Notes: generated by a model not told the origin, from the sequence alone. DNA of 64,000 bases from a virus (IMGVR_UViG_3300032046_000003:1-64000), one strand, 5' to 3'. Positions 18,737 through 27,080 are shown, counted from the stretch's first letter. Numbers and translations: made by a program.

Positions 18737-18756
18737 ATATATATTAGGAGATTATA

Positions 18757-19152
18757 ATGCGAATTTTCATCCTCGAAGACAACAGTGAGAGAGTAAAATC
18801 TTTCAAAAAAATATTCAAAGACCACGAATTGACCATTACAGACAGATCTGACGATGCTATAAAACTCGTCAAAGACAGCAAATACGATTTTATATTCTTG
18901 GACCACGATCTGGGCGGAGAGCAATACGTAGACAGCAAGGAATACGACACGGGCTTTAGAGTGGCCTGCGCGATTCCTTCATCTGTAAATGAGGGCACAG
19001 ACGTTATAATACACTCTTTTAATCCAGTGGGGGCCAAGAACATGCAGAATATCTTGCCTAACGCCAGGTGCATGCCTTTTGGGACATTTAATGAGAACAC
19101 AATACTTGAAATGAAGAAAGACGACTATGAGCAACTGAGGCTGATGATGTGA
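18757..19152 (+). CDS. stand-alone response-regulator receiver (CheY-like REC) domain protein
   Basis: FILEDN..DFIFLDHDL (phospho-acceptor Asp) ..K pattern, 131 aa, no output domain. Confidence 0.7.
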   Translation: MRIFILEDNSERVKSFKKIFKDHELTITDRSDDAIKLVKDSKYDFIFLDHDLGGEQYVDSKEYDTGFRVACAIPSSVNEGTDVIIHSFNPVGAKNMQNILPNARCMPFGTFNENTILEMKKDDYEQLRLMM

Positions 19153-19637
19153 GCAGGTCGGACATAATTCAGCTTATATTTATAGTATTATTCTTAATTA
19201 ATCTCATATGGGCTACCAGAAAAGATTGGTATGCGATGTTTATTATCTGCATGCCTTTTAACGTAGCCAAGTTCATGATGAGGACTCCCGAACTAGTAAG
19301 TTGGGTAATGTCAAAAATACCTTATGCATCTGACAAGACGGTCTATGGCGAGGCGGAGCATTGGGCGACACCACAAGAATTCTGGGATCACAAAAGCGGT
19401 GATTGCGAAGATTATGCAGGATTTGCCATAGGAATACTGAAAGATTACGACTATCAAGGAAATATATACACATACACGGTAGACCCGGTCAAAGGAATAG
19501 GGCACGCTCTCGGCGTGGTCAGCAAGGACTTGAGGAACTGGTATGTGTTTGACCTTAACGAGGTTACGTTAGTTAGGGCAGATAACTGGCAGGCCGCCGG
19601 AGACTGGTATGTCGCGAACGTCTCTAGATTGGTGTAA
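19149..19637 (+). CDS. transglutaminase-like cysteine peptidase with N-terminal TM anchor
   Basis: GDCEDYAGFA (Cys), GIGHALGVV (His), FDLN (Asp) core. Confidence 0.6.
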   Translation: MSRSDIIQLIFIVLFLINLIWATRKDWYAMFIICMPFNVAKFMMRTPELVSWVMSKIPYASDKTVYGEAEHWATPQEFWDHKSGDCEDYAGFAIGILKDYDYQGNIYTYTVDPVKGIGHALGVVSKDLRNWYVFDLNEVTLVRADNWQAAGDWYVANVSRLV

Positions 19638-19771
19638 TGCAAAGCTTCTTAATAGGCGCCTTGTGTTATGCTGTAGGTATAATAATCTATTTATATTTTG
19701 TGCATTTGGCCATTACACAAAAGATCAATAGTGTTATAAAAGATATAAAAAGCAGGTTCAAAAGGAGATAA
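19637..19771 (+). CDS. small single-TM protein (44 aa)
   Basis: Own translation MQSFLIGALCYAVGIIIYLYFVHL..; TAATG overlap with previous stop. Confidence 0.3.
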   Translation: MQSFLIGALCYAVGIIIYLYFVHLAITQKINSVIKDIKSRFKRR

Positions 19772-19773
19772 GT

Positions 19774-19929
19774 ATGAGAAGAGCGAAAGTAAAGCAGCAG
19801 AACAAGAAAAAGTTGTATGAGAAGTGGAAGAAAGAAAGAGGAGAGGCCAGGACAAAGGGTGAGAAGCTGACCGGCATATTAAAGGACTGGGGCGGGTATT
19901 ACTCTAAGAATAAATCAGCAACGAAGTAA
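19774..19929 (+). CDS. small basic protein (51 aa)
   Basis: Own translation MRRAKVKQQNKKKLYEKWKKERGE..; SD AAAGGAGATAAGT. Confidence 0.35.
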   Translation: MRRAKVKQQNKKKLYEKWKKERGEARTKGEKLTGILKDWGGYYSKNKSATK

Positions 19930-20006
19930 AGATAGCGGTAGAGCCTGAATAGCCCCGCTATACACATAAAAAATAGGAGGTGATTTTTTTCTAAGAGGTG
20001 ATATAG

Positions 20007-20189
20007 ATGTCAAATGGTTTTGGTAATAAGAATAGAATGCACTTAAAATTCACTGCTTTCAGATTATGGGGAACTAAAGACGAACGAAAAGAAACCTATC
20101 GTGGTATAAGAAGATATATAAAGCAAACATTGAACAAGATTAAGTTTGATTATAAGGAGAAGCAAAATGAACGACTATACAGAAGGTAA
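20007..20189 (+). CDS. hypothetical small protein
   Basis: ORF. Confidence 0.3.
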   Translation: MSNGFGNKNRMHLKFTAFRLWGTKDERKETYRGIRRYIKQTLNKIKFDYKEKQNERLYRR

Positions 20190-20598
20190 AGATATAGAGG
20201 AAATCGCCGTCCAATTAATAAAGGACAATGAATTATTAAAGAGTAATAAAGCTGATCAATGCAAGATTTATTACTTATTTAAGAACAAGCAAGCGGCCTA
20301 TTTGGGCAAATGCTCGCTGGCGGCAGGCAAGTGGAAGTACCTTACAGGGGCCAACTTCGTCATTGAATTCGTAAAGCCTCAATGGGACGACCTGGATGAC
20401 AATCAGAAAGAAGCCGCCGTATTCCACGAATTGCTGCACATAGGGTTCGATGAGAAAGAAAAAGACGGAAAGCTCGAAATAAAATGGGGAGTCGTAAAGC
20501 ACGACATAGAGGAATTCGGAGCGGTAGTCAAGAAATACGGTGCCTGGCACGATGCTTTACACAGCTTTATAGAAGATGCTAAAAACTCTGATAAGTAA
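20167..20598 (+). CDS. HExxH metallopeptidase-like protein
   Basis: FHELLHIGFDEKE; ATG 20167 after AGGAGAAGC. Confidence 0.45.
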   Translation: MNDYTEGKDIEEIAVQLIKDNELLKSNKADQCKIYYLFKNKQAAYLGKCSLAAGKWKYLTGANFVIEFVKPQWDDLDDNQKEAAVFHELLHIGFDEKEKDGKLEIKWGVVKHDIEEFGAVVKKYGAWHDALHSFIEDAKNSDK

Positions 20599-20875
20599 CA
20601 TATTCTATTTTACATTGCCCCTTATATCCGATAAGGATGTGACAGGGTGGAAAATAAGCCTGGGCAGAATATCGTGGTGGCTGTTGCTCTATACGGCGAC
20701 TAAATACAGCTGGGCATTGTGCAAAGACGCCCCCTCGACGCTGATAGCGGTAATGGGCTTTCTGCTCACGTATATATTCACAGGCAAGGTGCCCGACATG
20801 GCCACTGCGATTAAGGCCAAATTGAATGGCAACGGAAACTCCGCAAAGGGCGTAGACGACAACGCGGCGAAATAA
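20576..20875 (+). CDS. membrane protein
   Basis: Two or three TM helices. Confidence 0.3.
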   Translation: MLKTLISNIFYFTLPLISDKDVTGWKISLGRISWWLLLYTATKYSWALCKDAPSTLIAVMGFLLTYIFTGKVPDMATAIKAKLNGNGNSAKGVDDNAAK

Positions 20876-20876
20876 C

Positions 20877-21044
20877 ATGCTGTATGATTATGAATGCGCT
20901 AAATGCGGCAAGATAGAGATAGACAGAAAACTGGACGAAGAGATCAAAAAGTGCCCTGAATGCGGAAGCAAGATCAAAAGGCTGTACTTCCCGGTATCTG
21001 CCGTTTTCAAAGGCAAGGGGTTTTACAAGACGGACCACAAATGA
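20877..21044 (+). CDS. FmdB-family zinc-ribbon protein (55 aa)
   Basis: Own translation MLYDYECAKCGK...CPECGSKI; below track cutoff. Confidence 0.55.
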   Translation: MLYDYECAKCGKIEIDRKLDEEIKKCPECGSKIKRLYFPVSAVFKGKGFYKTDHK

Positions 21045-21161
21045 AAAAATTATGGGAAAAATTTTTAAACTGGTATTTTTGGAATGTTTTGGTTAAAAGA
21101 GACTTGGAATTTTGGAAAAAAGAAAACAGCCTCCAATGTGAGTTGAGGAAAACAATATAAA

Positions 21162-21467
21162 ATGAGAAGATTAATTTTTATATGTCTGCTGTGTCTGCTG
21201 TCTGTGCCCGCAAGCGGCATGATGTTGACAGGTTGGTATTACACAAGCGAGGCTTCGTATGAAAAAGACTGGCATCCCCAGAATGATTGTAAATATCTCA
21301 TAACTATTTACTGCCACACTAGGGAAGTTCAAGTGTCCAGGTGGCTGCCCGAGAGCAAATTCGAGGTTAAAGATTATAAAGAAAACGGATGCGGCGGCAT
21401 AATATTCTATACGACGAATAATGAGATAATAAATTACAATGGGATTTACACGATAGAAAAAAAATGA
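21162..21467 (+). CDS. secreted protein (signal peptide)
   Basis: MRRLIFICLLCLLSVPASG. Confidence 0.4.
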   Translation: MRRLIFICLLCLLSVPASGMMLTGWYYTSEASYEKDWHPQNDCKYLITIYCHTREVQVSRWLPESKFEVKDYKENGCGGIIFYTTNNEIINYNGIYTIEKK

Positions 21468-21566
21468 ACAAGCAAGAAAAGAAAATGTTTATAGAAGACA
21501 TGAAATGCCTCATTGTGCGAAGAATTTAACGTGATGGATGAAAGCATATAAAGCAAAGGAGACAAT

Positions 21567-21782
21567 ATGAAAGATTTTGATAAATTAGATTTCGGGGATA
21601 TATATATAATAAATGATAGAGGCTTGGGAATGTCTATATACAACAAAAGTGATAATAAAAAATTATGCATTTTCAATGAATTCGGATGTAGAGAATTAAT
21701 GTTATTTTTAACAAGAAAATTTATGCCTATAGGCGCCGAAGAACAGAACGACAAATTTGTATATGATATACACCAAAAATGA
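21567..21782 (+). CDS. hypothetical protein
   Basis: ORF after AAGGAGACAAT. Confidence 0.35.
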   Translation: MKDFDKLDFGDIYIINDRGLGMSIYNKSDNKKLCIFNEFGCRELMLFLTRKFMPIGAEEQNDKFVYDIHQK

Positions 21783-22294
21783 GAGTCACAAGCATTAAAT
21801 ATAACGAACCAGGAGTAAGCAAGTTTTTAATGGCGCTTGCTGAAAATTTCGCTCAAGATAACTTTGTGTATGTTAAGGAGTTCAAAAAACACCTTAAACT
21901 GGGCCCCAAAGATTCGGTAGACGTGATAGTCCTGTTGGAAGATGACAAGAAAATAACGCATCTGTACGACGGCTTGAACTACAAGCTGGGATTTAACGCC
22001 AAAGTGCCTACGTTTTTCAGGGGCAAAGACGGGAAGAGCCTCATGTTCCCGGGCGGATTTAACATATTGTTCGTTAATATAAATCAATTCAGAGCCTTGC
22101 ATCACAGATGGCATATAATCGCCGCAGTCGTAGAGAAAGATTTAATTTCAATAATTAGGGGCCGTATAATAGATGGCTATAAGGAAAGCATGCTGCTGGT
22201 GTTGGACCACAATTCTTATTTTAACGAGGACAAAGAGGTCATAGAGCTGTTCGCAGCCAAGCCCGCGAAAAAGGACTTACGCGAATATCTATGA
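21779..22294 (+). CDS. hypothetical protein
   Basis: ATGA-coupled ORF. Confidence 0.4.
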   Translation: MRVTSIKYNEPGVSKFLMALAENFAQDNFVYVKEFKKHLKLGPKDSVDVIVLLEDDKKITHLYDGLNYKLGFNAKVPTFFRGKDGKSLMFPGGFNILFVNINQFRALHHRWHIIAAVVEKDLISIIRGRIIDGYKESMLLVLDHNSYFNEDKEVIELFAAKPAKKDLREYL

Positions 22295-22497
22295 TAGACT
22301 ATAAAAAACTGAATATAAAGCCGAACACAACGATACACAAGGCGTTCACGGCGATAATCGCGCAATGCGAGCCCGAACTGGACATCAGGGGTATCAACAA
22401 AATATATGAAATAACTTTAAAAGACAGAGAATGCAGAATAGCAATGTTTATGATAGTTATGAAAGCATTAGAAGCAAACAAGGAGGAGCTAAGATGA
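22291..22497 (+). CDS. hypothetical protein
   Basis: ATGA-coupled ORF. Confidence 0.35.
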   Translation: MIDYKKLNIKPNTTIHKAFTAIIAQCEPELDIRGINKIYEITLKDRECRIAMFMIVMKALEANKEELR

Positions 22498-22604
22498 CAT
22501 TAAATAAATATAAAATAGACGTAAATGTCGTTGAAAAATCAACTGAAAACGAAGATAATGAAGAAGAGTCCTCCGTAGAAAAAAGTGAAGAAAATGAAAA
22601 ATAA
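22494..22604 (+). CDS. small acidic protein (MTLNKYKIDVN.. N-terminus family)
   Basis: Own translation; ATGA overlap with previous stop; below track cutoff. Confidence 0.35.
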   Translation: MTLNKYKIDVNVVEKSTENEDNEEESSVEKSEENEK

Positions 22605-22643
22605 TGTAAATCAGTGTATAGAAAAGATAAAGGAGGAAATGTT

Positions 22644-24749
22644 ATGAGCGTTGGACTTGACGTGGGAACTATGTTTGTTTGTTCAGCTAGGAAGACTCAG
22701 GACGGCAGAGTCTCATACAGGAAAGACAGGGATATATTCGTAGAGCTGCCGGCAGATACATCAAATTCTAAACAATTCATGGACATGGCGGGGGCAAAAT
22801 TAGTTACGATAGACAACAAGAATTACGCAGTAGGAGAAGAAGCAGTCAACTTTAGCTCTTTCTTCGGTGAGGATTTTAAGAGACCCTTAAAGAACGGCAT
22901 GATCAACCCCTCAGAAGAAGACTTGGCTATTCAGATATTAGACAACATTATAAGGGGTGTTTTAGGCGCTCCTAAACAGCCTGGAGAATTATGCGTGTTC
23001 TCAGTACCAGCAGAGCCTATAGACGAAAAGAGGAATGTCGTGTATCACCAGAAGACGCTTGAGTATTTAATTAAAAAGCAGGGGTTCACAGCAAAGCCTA
23101 TTAACGAATCTCTAGCCATAGTATACTCGGAACTGGCCAAGAACCAGCTTACGGGATTTGGTATATCATGGGGAGCAGGTTTATGTTTAAGTGGAGATAC
23201 AAAAGTGCCTTTACTTAATGGTCAAATTAAGACAATGAGAGAATTATCTGAAGAATATAAAGATAAAGAGTTTTGGTTATACTCCTGTAAAGAAGACGGG
23301 CAAATTGTTCCAGGGTTAGCTTCTAATCCTCGTAAAGTAAAAGAATCAGAAGTTATTAGAATATGGCTTGATAACAATAAATATTTAGATTGCACTCCAG
23401 ACCATAAAATAATGATGCGCAATGGTGAGTATAGAGAGGCTCAGATGCTAAAAGAAAATGATTCTATAATGCCTTTATATAAAGAAGTTGCGTATAAAGA
23501 AAACAAATATAATAAGGGATATTTGAGAGTAAAAAACAACAAAACAAATAGATTTAATTTTGTTCATAGATTGGTTGCTAGTTTCTTCAATAAAATACCT
23601 AAAAATTATATAGTTCATCATAATGATTTTAATAAACTAAATAATGAACCTAATAATTTATATATTTGTTCTATTATAAAACATGGAAAACTTCACAATG
23701 CCGATCATGTGAGGGGTAGAACATGGGAACAAATACTCGGTAGCGAAGAAAGGTCTGAAGAAAGAAAATTGAAACTTTCAAAATCATTAAAGAAAACATA
23801 TAAAGAGCATCCAGAAATTATAAAGAATGCTGCTGAAAAGAGAACAATAAAAAGAGAAGAAAGAATTTGCTTGTGTAAATGCGGTGAAACATTTATTTGT
23901 AAAGAAAATTCAAAACAAAAATATATACACGGGCATGCTATAAGGTTAAGAGAATATAATGAGAATGCTTATAAAAAGGTGATAGCTACTAGAAGATTGA
24001 AAGATAATTATAAACAATCGGATATCACTAAAAATAAAATAAGCGAAAGTTTAAAAGGCAATATTCCCTGGAATAAGGGCTTAAATGGTAATAATTATTT
24101 ATCTCATTATAAAAATGGAATAAAAAACCAAAACTCTTTATATAATCACAAGATTACCAAGATAGAAAAATTAAATAATAAAATTGAAGTTTATGATTTA
24201 TCAGTAAAAGATTATCATAATTTTGCCATAGACGCTGGAATATTTGTGCATAATTGTAATATAAACTTAAGCTATAAAGGATTTCCAGTGTTTGCTTTCT
24301 CGGTTGCTCGCTCAGGAGACTGGATTGACGAGCAGGTCAAGCAAGCCACTGGCAAGCCCACATCAGAAATTGCCGTTATAAAAGAGAATGAGCTTGACTT
24401 GACTAAAGAAGGAGACAACAGAACATTAAGATATTTGAAGAATTATTATGAGGAGTTGGTAGATTATGTTCTTCGCAACATTGTTAGGAAATTTGAACAG
24501 ACTAAAAGGATTCCTCCTACTTTGGATGCCAAGATGAAGACCGCGGAGGCGATACCGATCGTGCTGGCGGGCGGGACATCTCTTCCGAAAGGGTTCCCCG
24601 AGATGTTCAGGGACAGGTTGGAGAAGATAAACTTCCCGTTCAAGATCAGCGAGATTATAATCGCAAAGGAGCCTCTCTTCACGGTCGCTAAAGGCTGCCT
24701 GATAAGCGCAGAAGCGGAAGAGGGTATAACAGAGGCCAACAAGGTTTAA
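22644..24749 (+). CDS. actin-fold ATPase (ParM/MreB/Alp-like) interrupted by an intein
   Basis: Phosphate-1 GLDVGTMFV, phosphate-2 ISWGAG|..|NINL split by intein, adenosine motif VLAGGTSLP; ATG 22644 after AAGGAGGAAATGTT. Confidence 0.7.
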   Translation: MSVGLDVGTMFVCSARKTQDGRVSYRKDRDIFVELPADTSNSKQFMDMAGAKLVTIDNKNYAVGEEAVNFSSFFGEDFKRPLKNGMINPSEEDLAIQILDNIIRGVLGAPKQPGELCVFSVPAEPIDEKRNVVYHQKTLEYLIKKQGFTAKPINESLAIVYSELAKNQLTGFGISWGAGLCLSGDTKVPLLNGQIKTMRELSEEYKDKEFWLYSCKEDGQIVPGLASNPRKVKESEVIRIWLDNNKYLDCTPDHKIMMRNGEYREAQMLKENDSIMPLYKEVAYKENKYNKGYLRVKNNKTNRFNFVHRLVASFFNKIPKNYIVHHNDFNKLNNEPNNLYICSIIKHGKLHNADHVRGRTWEQILGSEERSEERKLKLSKSLKKTYKEHPEIIKNAAEKRTIKREERICLCKCGETFICKENSKQKYIHGHAIRLREYNENAYKKVIATRRLKDNYKQSDITKNKISESLKGNIPWNKGLNGNNYLSHYKNGIKNQNSLYNHKITKIEKLNNKIEVYDLSVKDYHNFAIDAGIFVHNCNINLSYKGFPVFAFSVARSGDWIDEQVKQATGKPTSEIAVIKENELDLTKEGDNRTLRYLKNYYEELVDYVLRNIVRKFEQTKRIPPTLDAKMKTAEAIPIVLAGGTSLPKGFPEMFRDRLEKINFPFKISEIIIAKEPLFTVAKGCLISAEAEEGITEANKV
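23184..24254 (+). mobile_element. intein (357 aa) with HNH endonuclease and CxCxCG zinc motif
   Basis: Starts CLSGDTKV (block A), ends ..FVHN followed by extein Cys (HN/C junction); internal HHNDFNKLNNEPNNLYICSIIKHGKLH (HNH) and ICLCKCGETFICKENSKQKYIHGH. Confidence 0.7.
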
Positions 24750-24759
24750 GGAGTAATAC

Positions 24760-25047
24760 ATGACAGATAAAATATGCTTTACTAAAGAAGAACTTATAAA
24801 AGAACATAGTAAATTGGTTCATACGCTTAAACAACAGCCTAATAAAACTACTGAATTAAAAGAAGAGGCCGCCGACCAGTCAAAAGAATTAGGTCGTTAT
24901 AAGAGAGGCCAAAAGTCAATTGAAGACCTGCCCTTGTTAAAGTCAGACGGTGGAATGAGTGGATTAAGCACGGCCCAGGGCAGCGGTGGGGCAGTGACGA
25001 CGGTAGGAATGGGAAGCTATCCCCGCAGAAGAAAGAAACGAAAATAA
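24760..25047 (+). CDS. hypothetical protein with basic C-terminal tail (RRRKKRK)
   Basis: ORF after AAGGAGTAATAC. Confidence 0.4.
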   Translation: MTDKICFTKEELIKEHSKLVHTLKQQPNKTTELKEEAADQSKELGRYKRGQKSIEDLPLLKSDGGMSGLSTAQGSGGAVTTVGMGSYPRRRKKRK

Positions 25048-25050
25048 CAG

Positions 25051-25079
25051 TTCAAATCTCCTGAAATATACATTATAGT
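25051..25079 (+). promoter_or_regulatory. sigma70-like promoter (CAGTTCAAATCT family) TTCAAA-17-TATAGT at head of tRNA array
   Basis: Shares extended motif with promoters at 29883, 49143, 51318. Confidence 0.5.
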
Positions 25080-25167
25080 ATATAAAGTATATACTTTGTG
25101 GTGTATAATAATAACGTTGTACAAAATCACAATTACGTGTTATAATATATATGAGGCAACAATTCAT

Positions 25168-25253
25168 CTGGGTGTGGGTCAACTTGGTAGATCACTCGGC
25201 TTGGGACCGAGAGCGTATACGCTTTAATGCAGGTTCAAATCCTGTCACCCAGA
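25168..25253 (+). tRNA. tRNA-Pro(TGG)-like carrying a 12-nt palindromic hairpin (AGCGTATACGCT) in the variable loop
   Basis: Hand-folded cloverleaf: 7-bp acceptor CTGGGTG/CACCCAG, D arm, anticodon loop CTTGGGA, T loop TTCAAAT; removing 25212-25223 restores a 5-nt V loop. Confidence 0.5.
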
Positions 25254-25264
25254 TAAATTAGTAA

Positions 25265-25343
25265 AAGTCGGCTTAGTGTAACGGTAGCATCCAGAATGCT
25301 CGCAAGAGCCAACTGGAGAGTGGTTCGATTCCACAGCCGAAAC
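25265..25343 (+). tRNA. tRNA-like sequence, aberrant fold (possible pseudo-tRNA)
   Basis: T arm GTGG-TTCGATT-CCAC and GCTCGCAAGAGC GNRA hairpin, but no clean acceptor/anticodon arms by hand. Confidence 0.3.
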
Positions 25344-25351
25344 GAATTTAT

Positions 25352-25423
25352 CGCAGGGTGGAGCAGTGGCAGCTCGCTGGGCTCATACCCCGGAGGTCGC
25401 GGGTCCGATTCCCGTCCCTGCTA
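25352..25423 (+). tRNA. tRNA-fMet-like (CAT), initiator features
   Basis: C1:T72 mismatch, three GC pairs in anticodon stem, loop CTCATAC, T loop TCCGATT. Confidence 0.7.
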
Positions 25424-25437
25424 TAAATTAAATATAC

Positions 25438-25505
25438 GGCAGAAGACGTAAGGTGGGATTCCTTACAGCGGCAATAGCTGCTTAGTTTAGTATAGAACGT
25501 CTGCC
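25438..25505 (+). other. structured intergenic RNA candidate (three-helix element)
   Basis: GGCAGA..TCTGCC outer stem enclosing GTAAGG-TGGGATT-CCTTAC and CAGC..GCTG hairpins. Confidence 0.3.
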
Positions 25506-25528
25506 ATTGAATTGAAAAGGAGATTGAA

Positions 25529-25603
25529 ATGAACTCGAACGATTGTTGTAGATTGACCTGGTGGCTGAATGGCCTAGGCGACGATCTGCAAAATCGTATA
25601 TGA
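25529..25603 (+). CDS. leader-peptide-like ORF MNSNDCCRLTWW.. (tandem Cys and Trp codons) preceding/overlapping tRNA-Cys
   Basis: SD AAAAGGAG 6 nt before ATG; TGT TGT at 25544-25549, 5 nt before tRNA-Cys 5' end. Confidence 0.5.
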   Translation: MNSNDCCRLTWWLNGLGDDLQNRI

Positions 25604-25626
25604 GAGTTCGATTCTCTTCCAGGTCT
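25555..25626 (+). tRNA. tRNA-Cys(GCA)
   Basis: Acceptor GACCTGG/CCAGGTC, anticodon stem ACGAT/ATCGT, loop CTGCAAA, T loop TTCGATT. Confidence 0.75.
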
Positions 25627-25639
25627 CAAAAAATAAATT

Positions 25640-25728
25640 AACTAGGTGTGAGGCCGACGGTAATGCGGCAGGGGTAGTTGAAGGCTACATAAGTGATGCT
25701 TCACATCAACCTTTTGTGACACCTAGTT
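25640..25728 (+). other. structured intergenic element bounded by perfect 10-bp inverted repeat AACTAGGTGT / ACACCTAGTT
   Basis: Exact IR read directly; internal GCCG..CGGC and TGATG..CATCA hairpins; not tRNA-like. Confidence 0.35.
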
Positions 25729-25750
25729 TAAAATAAGGAGTAATATAAAA

Positions 25751-25801
25751 ATGTTTTACAAGGGTTACACGACGACAACAACTACGGGGACCAGCAACTA
25801 A
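25751..25801 (+). CDS. leader-peptide-like ORF MFYKGYTTTTTTGTSN (six consecutive Thr codons) preceding tRNA-Thr
   Basis: SD AAGGAG upstream; ACG ACG ACA ACA ACT ACG at 25769-25786. Confidence 0.55.
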   Translation: MFYKGYTTTTTTGTSN

Positions 25802-25821
25802 GCTGGCGTAGTCGACTGCGT

Positions 25822-25902
25822 GCCGGTGTAGCTCAAAATAAAAGGCAGAGCAACGGTTTTGTAAACCGAAGGTTGGGGGTTCAAGTCCTCTCGCCGGCCC
25901 CA
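25822..25902 (+). tRNA. tRNA-Thr(TGT) with encoded CCA
   Basis: Acceptor GCCGGTG/CGCCGGC, anticodon loop TTTGTAA, T loop TTCAAGT, long D loop; CCA at 25900-25902. Confidence 0.6.
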
Positions 25903-25922
25903 AATTTAAAGGAGATTACAAA

Positions 25923-25979
25923 ATGAATTCGACGGATTATCATCATAGCACACTTGCCATCATGGTGAGCGTAGCTTAG
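25923..25979 (+). CDS. leader-peptide-like ORF MNSTDYHHSTLAIMVSVA (His-His) preceding/overlapping tRNA-His
   Basis: SD AAAGGAGATT; CAT CAT at 25941-25946; N-terminus and SD near-identical to the Cys leader. Confidence 0.5.
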   Translation: MNSTDYHHSTLAIMVSVA

Positions 25980-26036
25980 TGGTAAAGCGCCTGCCTGTGA
26001 AACAGGAGAGGTGAGTTCGATTCTCGCCGTTCACAT
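25964..26036 (+). tRNA. tRNA-His(GTG) with G-1
   Basis: Extra 5' G before GTGAGCG, anticodon loop CTGTGAA, T loop TTCGATT. Confidence 0.8.
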
Positions 26037-26041
26037 AAAAT

Positions 26042-26494
26042 ATGAATAAGAAAAAAGATATGGTAATTGTTTCTGGAATTGATGCTTTAAGCCCTTTACT
26101 TGAACAATATAATAAGCGGTTTAAAATTTATAGAGACAGATACTATAAGTTATCTAAGCAGAAAAAAGAAATGATTGATGTACATACAAGTGAAATTATA
26201 GGTATATATAGCCTTAAAAAAGAGTTTAAAAAAATTGGTTTTGTGGTTGAGGATATGAAAAAAACATTAGAGGATGACACTCTAAAACATATTCCTAAAC
26301 TTCGTAAATCTTTAATGAAAGATTTTAGCAAAGATATAATATTTAAGTTAAAACTCGACGAATTAGATAATTGTTTCGGGAAATCTAAAGTAATTTTAAC
26401 ATCGACATTTGAAACATATATTAGTGATGAAGCAGTAAAAAAAGATTTTATTTTAGTGGTGATATTAAAATTAACTGAATGGGTGAAAAAATAA
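26042..26494 (+). CDS. hypothetical protein embedded in tRNA array
   Basis: 150-aa ORF. Confidence 0.45.
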   Translation: MNKKKDMVIVSGIDALSPLLEQYNKRFKIYRDRYYKLSKQKKEMIDVHTSEIIGIYSLKKEFKKIGFVVEDMKKTLEDDTLKHIPKLRKSLMKDFSKDIIFKLKLDELDNCFGKSKVILTSTFETYISDEAVKKDFILVVILKLTEWVKK

Positions 26495-26508
26495 AGGAGA
26501 GTAGTAAA

Positions 26509-26622
26509 ATGAGTATCGAACCATATTATACTGAGGGTAGTTGGCAGAGTGGTCAATTGCAGCTGCCTGTAGAGCAGCCGGCTTTACGCCTTCAGAGGTT
26601 CGAATCCTTTACTACCCAATAA
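26509..26622 (+). CDS. leader-peptide-like ORF MSIEPYYTEGSW.. (Tyr-Tyr) reading into tRNA-Tyr
   Basis: SD AAAGGAGAG; TAT TAT at 26524-26529, 5 nt before tRNA-Tyr. Confidence 0.5.
   Translation: MSIEPYYTEGSWQSGQLQLPVEQPALRLQRFESFTTQ
26535..26618 (+). tRNA. tRNA-Tyr(GTA), class II (long variable arm)
   Basis: Acceptor GGGTAGT/ACTACCC, anticodon stem GCTGC/GCAGC loop CTGTAGA, T loop TTCGAAT. Confidence 0.8.
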
Positions 26623-26634
26623 ACATAGGAGAAC

Positions 26635-26730
26635 ATGATAATGGACACAGACGATAATAATCGAATTAGTAGCAACTCATTCCTGAGTAGAACAATGGTA
26701 GTTCAATGCACTGTTAATGCATCTATGTAG
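26635..26730 (+). CDS. leader-peptide-like ORF MIMDTDDNNRISS.. (Asp x3, Asn x2) preceding tRNA-Asn and tRNA-Asp
   Basis: SD TAGGAGAAC; GAC ACA GAC GAT AAT AAT at 26644-26661. Confidence 0.5.
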   Translation: MIMDTDDNNRISSNSFLSRTMVVQCTVNASM

Positions 26731-26751
26731 GTTCAATTCCTGCCTCAGGAG
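26681..26751 (+). tRNA. tRNA-Asn(GTT)
   Basis: Acceptor TCCTGAG/CTCAGGA, anticodon stem ATGCA/TGCAT loop CTGTTAA, T loop TTCAATT. Confidence 0.8.
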
Positions 26752-26764
26752 TTGGTCGTTACCT

Positions 26765-26836
26765 GGGGTCATGGTATAACGGTTATTACGACTGATTGTC
26801 GATCAGTAAATCGGAGTTCAATTCTCCGTGGCCCCG
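26765..26836 (+). tRNA. tRNA-Asp(GTC)
   Basis: Acceptor GGGGTCA/TGGCCCC, anticodon stem ACTGA/TCAGT loop TTGTCGA, T loop TTCAATT. Confidence 0.8.
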
Positions 26837-26908
26837 TTAAAGCGTTGTTTTAATCTAGTTGATAGGGTAAAAAATTAAAGCTTATATAAGAGTATCAACA
26901 CAATACAT

Positions 26909-26980
26909 TCTCGAGTAGTTCAGCGGGAGAATAACTCCCCTACAAGGAGAAGGTCGCTGGTTCGATCCCAGCCTCGAGAA
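26909..26980 (+). tRNA. tRNA, anticodon TAC (Val?) with unusual C33
   Basis: Acceptor TCTCGAG/CTCGAGA, T loop TTCGATC; anticodon loop read as CCTACAA. Confidence 0.5.
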
Positions 26981-26985
26981 TTTAT

Positions 26986-27056
26986 GGGCCAATAGTTCAG
27001 TGGTAGAACACTCGGCTCATAACCGAAATAGCTTGGTCCGATTCCAGGTTGGCCCA
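26986..27056 (+). tRNA. tRNA(CAT), Ile2(LAU)-like (or elongator Met)
   Basis: Acceptor GGGCCAA/TTGGCCC with C4:G69, C5:G68 and anticodon-stem C29:G41 (TilS-type identity set); loop CTCATAA. Confidence 0.7.
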
Positions 27057-27080
27057 GTTAAATTAAAGGAGATGGTAAAA

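Noticed and set aside
25348-25903. Minus-strand ORFs 25348..25629 and 25706..25903
   Set aside because: They are antisense to tRNA genes and structured RNA in the array. They are artefacts of GC-rich tRNA sequence.
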